Made by a program: the position numbers and the translations under genes
The notes under the pieces: model-generated
Told to the model about the DNA's origin: nothing
What the model saw: the letters and a program-made list of their open reading frames with translations, nothing else
Database searches by the model: none
Source of the DNA: Giardia intestinalis
Taxonomy: Eukaryota
NCBI GenBank assembly: GCA_000002435.2
Contig: CM018793.1
Length of the DNA stretch: 64,000 bases
Strand: one strand, 5' to 3'
In this document: positions 54,589 through 64,000 of the stretch, one piece after another
Layout of the letters: every line of letters starts with the position of its first letter
How positions within the stretch are numbered: the first letter of the stretch is position 1

Positions 54589-57500
54589 TACTTTTAATTT
54601 TACAGTACAGTTTACTCTCCGTTTCACTGGGTAAATCTCCCATGCGAGCCAGCGCCGCCCTGGGCAGGTCTCTTGCTTACTCACTAACCGAAATCCAAAT
54701 CCAGACTTCGCAAGTCAAACGTCGTCCACTTCAGCGGGAGAAGAAGCCCAAATGGGGAAGTCGGTGGTCCAACGCCTAGCCCTCTGCGTCCCCAGTAGAC
54801 AACAAACCCGCGGCTGCTCCCACGAGTGAGCCGCTGAGGAAGGCCTGCGGGGACTCGAAGAAAAGAGTCTAGAGAGCATCCAATAGAATGAGCAGGAGGG
54901 CCAGGAGACAGGAACAAGAGAGCTCTAGCATCTTCCTCTAGCGAACCTCCCTGTCATGGAGAAGGGTGTATGGTGGCTGAGTGTGGGGGTTGTAAACCTA
55001 GAGCAATCGCCGGGTCGATGGCTTCAGCATGGCTTTCAGCAAGATGTAGCAGGGAATCCGAACCAGCTGAGCATTGGACCAGGTCCTGGATAGGAGCTAA
55101 GGGCTCCTGTGCACGGCTGGGCTGCTCTCTAGATGGGACAGGGCACGGTGAGCTGGACGGGTGTGATACTATAAGGTATCTATAGTTGTATCGATACAAC
55201 TAGTAGGCCCACACTGGACTCTGAGAAGTACACTGCTAGACAGGCTGGAGAAGCCTGAGGGGCGATAGCACCATCTTGTTATCGCTATGCAGTGCTCTGT
55301 GGGCATGCATTCAAGACATCATCCCCTGGTAGCCGGGGAGGGGACAGAGTCAGGCGGTAGTGAGCATGCCCATCAGAATGCCTCTAGGTACTGACCAGCC
55401 ACTCCCTAGAAGCGCAGATGTCTCGGCTAGGTTGCATCACATCCAGAGCAAAAGAGGAAGCTGTACTGTCCTATTTGTTTCTCAGAACAATGTGCGAATA
55501 GAAGGCGGCCCAGCGACTGATACTCTGCACCGTCCTCTTCATCCACAGCCTGAGCAGCCAGATGCCAGGCTCAATATGAAGACGGAGGCTGCGAAGAGTA
55601 AACTCACCACGGGGCCGATTGTCTGACACCAAAAAATCCGAAAGGACGACAGTAGCTGCTGTCTCCTTGAAGAGTGCATCACACACAGTATCGACCTTGG
55701 TCTCCTAGACGAACACTCTAGAACATTCTACACTAGCCCTGACTTCTGAGGCATTAAACCCTATAACTAGCACAGAGTGAGGCAACAGCATGCAGACGGT
55801 GCGTTATCTTCATAGATGTGTACTACAGCTTCCGACTGCATATGGATGTACCGAGATGGGCAGTTTGACCGGCTTACATTGGCGACTTGTCCGTCACCGT
55901 GTTTGCTGCGATGAGAAGCTGCGTCTGCCCGGCAGACTGAGCATAGATTACAGCAGCTTCTCTGCTGATGCATGTATGGCCATGCGCCGCCCTAGTAGGT
56001 GGCGTAAATACCATAATGCCTAACCTGTCTGTTGTTAGCGGAAAATAGCAGTTAGTCGTGTTAGAGATGCCTCTAAGTAAGCCTCTAGTCTTTGTGCCTA
56101 CTCCTCTACCAATTATAGTGACGACCGTATATTCAGAAAGACTACGGAACTCTCCACCGTCTCTCAAGGAGACTAACGGCTCATGCATGGGCTAGCGACG
56201 GAGGCCCATGAACTACCTACTACGAGCCTAGCTTACTGAGCAGTCTGGATCACAGTGCACTTGATAAGCATCTATGCACTCATTTGGATGCTCACTACTA
56301 ATACTGACAAGACTACAAGGAGGTTTGCTTTTGGTCACACTCCCCTCATAATGCTTAGCCCTTGGCACCACATTTCAACGAAGGAAGATGTTAGGTAGGT
56401 ACGCAAAAGGCTATTTGTGCACGGTGGTTCCTGGAGAGCAAGTTTGCACAAAGACTGTAAAGGCGACTAGCAGATCAGTGAGGTAAGCCTGACGTTATAG
56501 AGACAAGCTGTAGATCCGGATTGCAATGGGGACGCCTGTGGTGTCTCTCTGGCCTTCGAGTGTAGAAAAATCGCGAGGTCTGCAGACAGGTGAAGCTAGT
56601 TTTTGATTTATGCGCTTATAGCAGTGTAATATTTATTGGGACCTGTTTCGTCTGAGGCCGAAGACGTTTATCTTTTCTCCGTATACAAGCAAGGATCTAC
56701 TGTAGAGATATACTGTGCAGGCCAGTACCAATCGACGTGGTTGCTATTAGCAGGTGTCTCACTTGCACCTTCTCATAACGGGTAGCCATCAGCAGCGTCC
56801 TCGGCCCACGTGACATTCTAGATGCATCTCTGCCTTTGACCAAAGATTGACACACGCGTTGTGTAGTTTAGATTGCTCATCAGCCAGAGTGGCGTGGCTA
56901 CCCCTTATCCTCTACTTGTCTATCTCGTACAACCATTGCTGATGGCCTTTCCAGATTAGCATGCAAATGCTCTTATCGGTCCCACAAAGGCATACGTCAT
57001 ACAAATAATCACTACAGTCTAGGGTCCTGTCTACCAAAGAAAAGGCCAACCAGTTTACCACGTAGGCATTCATTGTGCATCTCATATAGTCTGGCAAGTC
57101 TTGTGCTCCCCAACATTCCCTCGCAAGCCCTCAGCTAAAGCCCGTATGCATATCGTTATTGACAAGCGCCTTAGCTTCATCTGGCCACTTAGGGCGTTAG
57201 ACCCTTTGCCTTGTACAATGAGTATACTCGGCGTGGGAGGTATACAATCAGCATCGGCCTTTTCTGCTCGTTGTCCGTATGATACTGTTGTTGCTTCTTG
57301 ATTCAACCAGCAACCTAGTTAATGGCTCAAGAGTAGGTGATAGCCCGCCAACGGGCAGTCAATAGTGGCCATAACGCATACCTTCACCAAGGCACAGCCT
57401 CCCTGAGCAGAGCACAAAAGTGGACCCTGCCATTCTGCGGCCCTACTATTCTCTTGAATAACAGGATCAGAGCAGCTCATGGTTAGTATTAGCTGTCTTC

Positions 57501-59357
57501 GGGTCTCCACCTGTCCTTATTGTCTGAGGTATGCTTGACTCCGTAGATTCGAAAGATGCTGTACTGTACTCGTACCTGCAAGCCTCAGCCAAGCAAGGCT
57601 ACCATCTTGAAGGCTTGGCAGTGATGAGCCACACAGTCGGCGGGATCTGCAGAGAGCATTCATCCCAATGAGCCTTTTACTTGTCGTATACAGGTTGTGG
57701 CTGTGACCTCATAGGCGCAGGACTTTCTGGAATAACCGGTCAACTACAGAGTCTGTCCACTCATGTAAAGCCACCTGATAGAGGGCGATATCAATCTCGT
57801 CACTCGTCTACAACATACACCAGTCGAATCTCACAGATGAACAAGGGCCACCCAGCCCGCAGCACTAGACATTAACAGATATCCTTCACGACAAAGGGGG
57901 TGAGCGACTAGTAGACCACAGCAGTCGCCTGCCCATTGAAGATCTTCCAGTCACTGACCTAGGTCAGCTTCCTACAAGATCTTGAGAGCTTTATTAGAGG
58001 TGCATGCTTATAGAATCCCCAACTCAAGGTGCATGCTGTCGGACCCTGCTATTTTTCACATCAGCTCGTAGACATCGGTTCTTTTGATCTCTAGTGGGGT
58101 CACGGGGGATCGCAAGATATGGTTCCCTCAGTAAGGCTTTATCTGACTCCTGTAGCTATATGACAGGAGGATACCGGTCTTCTATGGATTATTTAACGCA
58201 TGCTAAGGTGCACCAGTACAAGTCCTACAGTGTGGCATGATTCGTGAGTCAAAAGGTAGGATGCTTGGGCTGATTGGCGTGTCTCCTCGGGACCAAATAC
58301 AGCTAGGACCAAAGGTCATGAACGAATGCTATTCGATTCCCTTATCAGCAGATGGGGGTCAACTGCTCTAGTATCCACAAGAGGCTATAGAGGGTACTGG
58401 ACCAGGCATCCGGCCAATTGCTGGCAAATCAACACAACCTCCTTGGATCTCCATTCTTTCCTCACAGGCATCTACATGTAGGAAGCTCTGAGGACCTAGA
58501 GCCCTACACTAACAGGCTCAAGGTATTGCACTCCTAGGTGCTTCCATTAGTGGTGGTAGTGATAGCACCAGGATGATCCAGAAGGGGGATAGAAATCCTG
58601 CCCCGTTAGCTCAAGAAATGGCACAGTTTGAGCAGGGTTTCCTCCTTGTTTAAATTTGGGAGTACTAGCCTACGCCCTCTGACCATCTGACGCCTTATCA
58701 TGCGATGGGGAATCTTAATAGTATCCACTACAAAAAGCCAGAAATAGCACCATGCACACCCAACAAACCAGAGCGTCTCATAGGCTAATCTACACTGATT
58801 CGCACTTCCACGGACCCTAGCGACCACTGTAACCGTCTCTCGGGATCTTGCAAGGGACTGTCCTTGAGCGCGATTCCTCCATGACAACCAGAAGTCGCAG
58901 ACATAGTCCAAAGGGATGAGAATACTATAGAGGCGGAGAAGAGATCATCTGCGCACGGGGGTCCGCAGGGGCCCGACCCGCACAGGGAAGGCGTAAGAGG
59001 CCAATTCCCCAGGAATGCAGAGACATTAAGAGAGGAACCAGCAGTGGGCCCATAACACAGGGAGGTCACCCGGGCCGCCCCCTGATTGGCCACAGGGTAG
59101 AGGAGCAGCATGCGCGCGGGACAGCATTGCTACTTATTTTTGAATTTTCTGTTTCCCTGCATGTTGTGCAGGGGTCCGCGGTGGGTGCTAGACTATAGTT
59201 AGTAGATGCTTTCGGCATTAACAACTATCTCTTGTACAACAATATTATCAAAAAGGGATTTCTTTAAGCTGGCAGCATAGCAATAACCGAATGGAGCTTT
59301 TTAGCTTTGGGTATCTTTGCTAGTAGGATTCTTGATAGTGGATTAAGAAGAATCTCA
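54589..59357. other. ORF-poor tract (4.8 kb) between the NEK gene and the VSP
   Basis: All six frames are interrupted. The longest ORF in the track here is 108 aa, none has a recognisable motif, and I saw no internal tandem repeat. The rest of the window is mostly coding. Confidence 0.7.
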
Positions 59358-59365
59358 ATGTTGCT
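59356..59365 (+). promoter_or_regulatory. VSP initiator-type motif caATGttgct spanning the start codon
   Basis: The 10-mer is identical to the one at 26043..26052. Confidence 0.55.
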
Positions 59366-60617
59366 GATAGCTTTCTATCTTGGGCTGAGCGCCCTTGCGG
59401 CACAATGTAAGCAAGTACAAAATTGTGCAGCAGGTAAGTGTGAGATGGTTGGCGGCACTGAAATTTGTACAGAATGCGCGACAAATGGAAACGTTCCTAT
59501 CAATGGGGAGTGTACACCAAAAGGTAATGCGGCTGATAAATGCAAGAAAGTTAACGGTAATGAGCTTGTTGACGATAAGACATGTGGAAAATGTGAGAAC
59601 ACATACTTCATGTACAAGGGTGGATGCTATCAACTTGGCAGTGATGTCGCACTCCTCATCTGCAACGATCAAGCTGCTTCACCTGGAGGGCGTAATGCTG
59701 TTGCTGGCGTTTGCACAGAATGTAATGCTACTGGGGGATTCTTCAAAAGCCCAGAGGCGGCCGACACGACAGATTCCTGCATATCGTGCAGTGATACAAC
59801 TGGAGTGCAGGTTAATGGCGGTAACACGTATAAAGGTATCGAGAATTGTGTAGTATGTGCAGCTCCAGAAAGAGGAACAGGTAACGAAAATAAGATTGCT
59901 GCATGTGAGTCATGTCTTGAAGGATTCTTCGTTGCATCTAACAAGGCAGTATGCACACGTTGTACTGATAATGATAATTGCGCTAAGTGTGATGCAGGCG
60001 AAAACAAGTGCACAAAATGTAAGGCAACAGCCAGCAAACCATATCTAAAAAAGGGCGAAACCGAGGACTCTAATACATGTGTTAATAGTAACGAATGTAC
60101 TACTGATAAAACTTACTTCACTGATGATACTGACGACCCTACTCATGGAAAGATGTGCAAGAAATGCTCAGAAGGGATAGCAGACTGTAAGAAATGCGCT
60201 CCATCATCACCTTCTGCTTTAGCTACAGTATCCGCAATTGTGTGCACAGAATGTACAACACAGACCAACAAACCCAATGTTGCCGGAACAGGGTGCTTCA
60301 CATGCTCCGTAGACGGATGTAGTAACTGTAGCGAGAATGACGTATGTGAAAAGTGTGGACCTAACAAGAAGGTGAGCCCCGGGAGGAAGTCATGCGTGGA
60401 TAGCTGTCCCGAGAACTCCATTGACGATAACTCTGTCTGTACATGCAGCAGTGGGTACAGCCCTGACAGCAGTGGGGCCTCCTGTGTGTCCACTGGCAGT
60501 AATAGGAGCGGGCTCTCCACGGGGGCCATAGCGGGGATCTCCGTCGCAGTCATCGTCGTCGTCGGGGGTCTCATAGGGTTCCTCTGCTGGTGGTTCGTGT
60601 GTAGGGGGAAGGCGTGA
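59358..60617 (+). CDS. vsp: variant-specific surface protein (VSP), left copy of the inverted pair
   Basis: The first ATG is at 59358 (the track start 59307 is TTG). Signal peptide MLLIAFYLGLSALAA, many CXXC motifs, a GGCY motif (YKGGCYQLG), and the C-terminus GLSTGAIAGISVAVIVVVGGLIGFLCWWFVCRGKA. Confidence 0.95.
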   Translation: MLLIAFYLGLSALAAQCKQVQNCAAGKCEMVGGTEICTECATNGNVPINGECTPKGNAADKCKKVNGNELVDDKTCGKCENTYFMYKGGCYQLGSDVALLICNDQAASPGGRNAVAGVCTECNATGGFFKSPEAADTTDSCISCSDTTGVQVNGGNTYKGIENCVVCAAPERGTGNENKIAACESCLEGFFVASNKAVCTRCTDNDNCAKCDAGENKCTKCKATASKPYLKKGETEDSNTCVNSNECTTDKTYFTDDTDDPTHGKMCKKCSEGIADCKKCAPSSPSALATVSAIVCTECTTQTNKPNVAGTGCFTCSVDGCSNCSENDVCEKCGPNKKVSPGRKSCVDSCPENSIDDNSVCTCSSGYSPDSSGASCVSTGSNRSGLSTGAIAGISVAVIVVVGGLIGFLCWWFVCRGKA

Positions 60618-60631
60618 CTTAGGTAGTAAAC
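60617..60631 (+). terminator. VSP 3' motif plus poly(A) signal ACTTAGGTAGTAAAC
   Basis: It overlaps the last base of the TGA stop and is identical to 27617..27631. Confidence 0.8.
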
Positions 60632-61074
60632 ACGTCACTGTATATGGCTTATTACGCTATTCTGCCGGGGCTATCTGAGGATCGCCCAGAGGTCGTGCGA
60701 GTGATCCTCGCTCAAGCTCTGACCAGTCTAAGGACGAGGGTTGGTCATGAATAACATGACGGAGAGCCCTCTCCAGTGACACATCCAGAATCTGGGCATT
60801 CCTCGCCGCTCCATGAGGATATGCTCTGTCTGGATGTCCATGCCGATCTATCTTGGATTCAGGCCTTCTCGCAGGCTCTCTACTCTACCCGTGGCGCCTC
60901 TCCATGGTCTTCCTTCGTGGTGGGTGAAGCTCCGGTCGCTGTTTTTTAGATGCTCCTGTCTGTCAGGGGCTGCCACCGGGCTCTCCGCTGGCTGGGCCCT
61001 CGGTGTCCGTCCGGCTGTGGCCCGGGCAGCGCTCTACGGTCGCGGTCACTTGGGTCTCAGTGGGTTCGGATGGT

Positions 61075-61135
61075 GGGGAGGCGAGGGGAGTTAGGGCGGT
61101 GAGGCCGGAGGGGCTGGAGGGGCTGGAGGGGCTGA
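61075..61135 (+). repeat. G-run tract with a 9-bp GGGGCTGGA tandem at the inner end of the left arm
   Basis: Six runs of at least 3 G lie in ggggaggcgaggggagttagggcggtgaggccggaggggctggaggggctggaggggctga. It is mirrored as a C-run tract at 62737..62797. Confidence 0.8.
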
Positions 61136-61147
61136 GGTTGGTGGTGG

Positions 61148-62724
61148 TTGTATGCGCCTCTGGTCCCTCGATAGACTGGGGTGATCGCAGCTGTGGTGAC
61201 TGGGGGCTGTCCATCTGTGACTCACCCCTCTGTGTGCTCGTGGTCTGTGAGTGCCTCCACCCAGACAACCCTCAGGAGCCGTGCACACCAGGACAGAGAG
61301 GGTGACAGAGGAGAGTCAAGCAGCCCTGCCACGAGGGTGCACAGCAGCCAGCCTGGGCTGCAGGGCCCGCTCGAGCGATGGTAGTGACAGACGACTCCCT
61401 CTGACAGCAGCCCTGGTGACTGGCACTGGTCTGCTTTCGAGGCTGAGTGACAGTGTGCACAGATGGACATGAGTGCAGGAGGACCATCCACACACGGACA
61501 GACTGTGCCCCCATACGAGAGCGCCAGGCAACCACCCGAGCACCCGAGAGGCAGCAACAGACACGGGCACTAGAGATCCCCAGCCAGACAGCTGCCATGC
61601 TCATCCATAGGGGCATCAGAGGACCAGGGGAGTCACCCTCACAATCAGGGTATGATAGGAAGCCAGAGGACTCAAACACTACAGCATAGCAGATCCAAGG
61701 GAGGCACACTCCAGCAGGCGAGCAGTGGCAGAGCCCTGATAGCTGCCAGCCCCCCATGACACCCAGGCAGGCACCAGGCTCACCGAAGGCTCTGCTGGCC
61801 TCCACCGATGATCCGAGGGGGCAGCAACCAGAGGAGTGGGGAGGCCTTCGGACACCACAAGAGGCCCGGCTGTCCAGCAGGCGATGGAGCACAGGTGGCC
61901 TCTGAGCACCATACAGGCACAGAGCCGACCATCAGAGTGATGCCCGATCAGAGACGACCACGAGCACCCTCCACCGCACTCTGAGGGGCTGTCGATCATC
62001 CCACTGCCTCTCATAGCAGACCTCCTTGAGAGCAGTGCAGTGGGTCCCAGCTCATGCACGCCTCCCCTGGCATAGGACACCCCGGCTCTCCCCGAGGGGT
62101 CATCAGAGCCACGAGAGGTGTCAAGGTCCTGGTAGATCACACCGGGAACTCCCCGAGGGCACAGCAACTGAGATATGAGTGACCCTCAGTGTGCTCCTCT
62201 CTGATGGTAGAGCATCTTGAGACCAAGGGGGTCACCTCTGCCTACGGACGACACACAGCACTCCACAACAAGGACCCACTAGGAGCAGCACAGCTGACCA
62301 CGGGGACAGTGCAGTCACCAGTGCCCCACCGTGCCAGTTTTCTGGGCCATCATACTATAGGCATGAGAGAACCCCATCCCATCCACAGGGTCATCCATGC
62401 CCCTGCTGGCCCGAGGTGAACTCCCCGTCGAGGCGCTGGACAGGGCATGCCAGGGGCTCAGCAGACCCACAGAGAGAATCAGCGAGTAGCAGGAGGGGCT
62501 GCGATGGCCTGCCTCAGCCCTCACGTACCAGCCAGACAGAGAGACAGTACTGCCTGAGGCATGCAGGGGCCAAGGGAGGCGATCAGTCAGGGGACACGAC
62601 ACGATCGTCGGTGCCTGTGTCTCGGGAGTGCAACGAAGGCTGGAGATCAGACACAGCCACCTTAGCAAACAGAGTGGGGACAACCCACCACCCCAATAGC
62701 CCACCGAACCCAGAGGCACATACA
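61148..62724. other. spacer of the inverted VSP pair (1,577 bp, GC-rich, strand-skewed)
   Basis: It lies between the two identical arms. The first ~110 nt on each side are still recognisably but imperfectly homologous. I could support no credible gene. Confidence 0.75.
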
Positions 62725-63240
62725 ACACCACCAACCTCAGCCCCTCCAGCCCCTCCAGCCCCTCCGGCCTCACCGCCCTAACTCCCCTCGCCTCCCCACC
62801 ATCCGAACCCACTGAGACCCAAGTGACCGCGACCGTAGAGCGCTGCCCGGGCCACAGCCGGACGGACACCGAGGGCCCAGCCAGCGGAGAGCCCGGTGGC
62901 AGCCCCTGACAGACAGGAGCATCTAAAAAACAGCGACCGGAGCTTCACCCACCACGAAGGAAGACCATGGAGAGGCGCCACGGGTAGAGTAGAGAGCCTG
63001 CGAGAAGGCCTGAATCCAAGATAGATCGGCATGGACATCCAGACAGAGCATATCCTCATGGAGCGGCGAGGAATGCCCAGATTCTGGATGTGTCACTGGA
63101 GAGGGCTCTCCGTCATGTTATTCATGACCAACCCTCGTCCTTAGACTGGTCAGAGCTTGAGCGAGGATCACTCGCACGACCTCTGGGCGATCCTCAGATA
63201 GCCCCGGCAGAATAGCGTAATAAGCCATATACAGTGACGT

Positions 63241-63255
63241 GTTTACTACCTAAGT
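63241..63255 (-). terminator. VSP 3' motif plus poly(A) signal ACTTAGGTAGTAAAC
   Basis: The reverse complement of gtttactacctaagt is acttaggtagtaaac, mirroring 60617..60631. Confidence 0.8.
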
Positions 63256-64000
63256 CACGCCTTCCCCCTACACACGAACCACCAGCAGAGGAACCCTATG
63301 AGACCCCCGACGACGACGATGACTGCGACGGAGATCCCCGCTATGGCCCCCGTGGAGAGCCCGCTCCTATTACTGCCAGTGGACACACAGGAGGCCCCAC
63401 TGCTGTCAGGGCTGTACCCACTGCTGCATGTACAGACAGAGTTATCGTCAATGGAGTTCTCGGGACAGCTATCCACGCATGACTTCCTCCCGGGGCTCAC
63501 CTTCTTGTTAGGTCCACACTTTTCACATACGTCATTCTCGCTACAGTTACTACATCCGTCTACGGAGCATGTGAAGCACCCTGTTCCGGCAACATTGGGT
63601 TTGTTGGTCTGTGTTGTACATTCTGTGCACACAATTGCGGATACTGTAGCTAAAGCAGAAGGTGATGATGGAGCGCATTTCTTACAGTCTGCTATCCCTT
63701 CTGAGCATTTCTTGCACATCTTTCCATGAGTAGGGTCGTCAGTATCATCAGTGAAGTAAGTTTTATCAGTAGTACATTCGTTACTATTAACACATGTATT
63801 AGAGTCCTCGGTTTCGCCCTTTTTTAGATATGGTTTGCTGGCTGTTGCCTTACATTTTGTGCACTTGTTTTCGCCTGCATCACACTTAGCGCAATTATCA
63901 TTATCAGTACAACGTGTGCATACTGCCTTGTTAGATGCAACGAAGAATCCTTCAAGACATGACTCACATGCAGCAATCTTATTTTCGTTACCTGTTCCTC
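63255..64000 (-). CDS. vsp: variant-specific surface protein (VSP), right copy of the inverted pair, 5' part outside the window
   Basis: The minus-strand frame is open to the window edge. The visible ~248 codons are identical to codons of the left copy (…GTGNENKIAACESC…CWWFVCRGKA). The track lists only the part from the internal Met (63255..63719). Confidence 0.9.
   Translation of the reverse strand, partial: GTGNENKIAACESCLEGFFVASNKAVCTRCTDNDNCAKCDAGENKCTKCKATASKPYLKKGETEDSNTCVNSNECTTDKTYFTDDTDDPTHGKMCKKCSEGIADCKKCAPSSPSALATVSAIVCTECTTQTNKPNVAGTGCFTCSVDGCSNCSENDVCEKCGPNKKVSPGRKSCVDSCPENSIDDNSVCTCSSGYSPDSSGASCVSTGSNRSGLSTGAIAGISVAVIVVVGGLIGFLCWWFVCRGKA

Larger units (their letters stand above)
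59872..61147 (+). repeat. left arm of the inverted repeat (visible part)
   Basis: It is the reverse complement of 62725..64000 (x + y = 123872). Paired ORFs on the two arms have identical translations: 60143..60574 with 63298..63729, 60390..60638 with 63234..63482, and 60813..61094 with 62778..63059. I found no mismatch in the stretches compared base by base. Confidence 0.9.
62725..64000 (-). repeat. right arm of the inverted repeat (cut by window end)
   Basis: It is the reverse complement of 59872..61147. See the left arm entry. Confidence 0.9.

Noticed and set aside
55183-55202. Perfect 20-bp palindrome tagttgtatcgatacaacta in the ORF-poor tract
   Set aside because: It is real in the sequence, but isolated, short and AT-rich. 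There is no second copy or flanking structure, so I cannot attach a function to it.
58325-58345. tRNA-like T-loop string (ttcgattcc)
   Set aside because: No complementary T-stem, acceptor stem or anticodon arm could be folded around it. No other tRNA-like signature was found in any intergenic region.
60813-61094. Identical 93-aa ORFs on both arms (60813..61094 + and 62778..63059 -), which might look like a conserved duplicated gene
   Set aside because: The identity follows trivially from the inverted repeat. The sequence is A-poor non-coding-looking flank (MRICSVWMSMPIYLGFRPSRR...GWWGGEGS), with no motif or promoter context.
61272-62869. Minus-strand ORFs of 206, 162 and 184 aa (plus several 60-110 aa ORFs) in the spacer of the inverted pair
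   Set aside because: The + strand here is T-poor, so the minus strand is A-poor and stop codons are rare by composition alone. The translations are low-complexity (G/S/P/A/R/C/L-rich), overlap each other in different frames, and lack AT-rich initiator contexts.
1-64000. Reading the window as a prokaryotic or phage accessory region with operons, defence islands or a novel multi-gene system
   Set aside because: The gene content is unmistakably eukaryotic and Giardia-specific: VSPs with a CRGKA tail, 40S S2, UTP18, Spc24-like, DDX56-like, NEK+ankyrin. There are no Shine-Dalgarno-type contexts or co-directional operon-like blocks, and adjacent genes are functionally unrelated. Gene neighbourhood is not evidence of a functional system here.

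Overview
This 64-kb window is eukaryotic, not bacterial, archaeal or phage. It reads as a chromosomal segment of the diplomonad Giardia intestinalis (syn. lamblia/duodenalis).

Diagnostic evidence:
- Three cysteine-rich CXXC/GGCY surface-protein genes end in a hydrophobic anchor plus the invariant CRGKA tail, followed by ACTTAGGTAGTAAAC. These are variant-specific surface proteins (VSPs).
- There is an ankyrin-repeat 'protein 21.1'-type gene and a NEK-kinase+ankyrin gene.
- Genes are intronless and separated by only 18-300 nt. AT-rich initiators abut the ATGs, and AGTAAAC poly(A) signals are present.

I call about 28 protein-coding genes.

Layout:
- 1-51.5 kb is dense core genome. It holds RPS2/uS5, UTP18, a DDX56/Dbp9-like helicase, glycogen phosphorylase, a DHHC palmitoyltransferase and a Nudix hydrolase. 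It also holds Spc24-like, UXT-like, SWIRM-like and B-box proteins, and several large lineage-specific proteins.
- Within that stretch, a VSP island at 25.4-28.6 kb carries five perfect 105-bp in-frame repeats.
- 51.5-64 kb is atypical. A NEK pseudokinase is flanked by ORF-poor DNA, including 4.8 kb with no ORF above 108 aa.
- That is followed by a tail-to-tail inverted pair of identical VSP genes. The arms are at least 1,276 bp (the right arm is cut by the window end) and flank a 1.58-kb GC-rich, strand-skewed spacer.

I could not support any rRNA, tRNA, CRISPR, transposase or prokaryote-style operon or defence system.

The most interesting items are:
1. The inverted VSP pair and its asymmetric spacer, a potential hairpin/dsRNA source in an organism where VSP switching has been linked to RNAi.
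2. A type I membrane protein whose motif order resembles the gamete fusogen HAP2/GCS1.
3. The ORF-poor tract upstream of the VSP pair.

All homology calls come from reading motifs by eye. No database search or computation was possible, so functional names are hypotheses graded by confidence.
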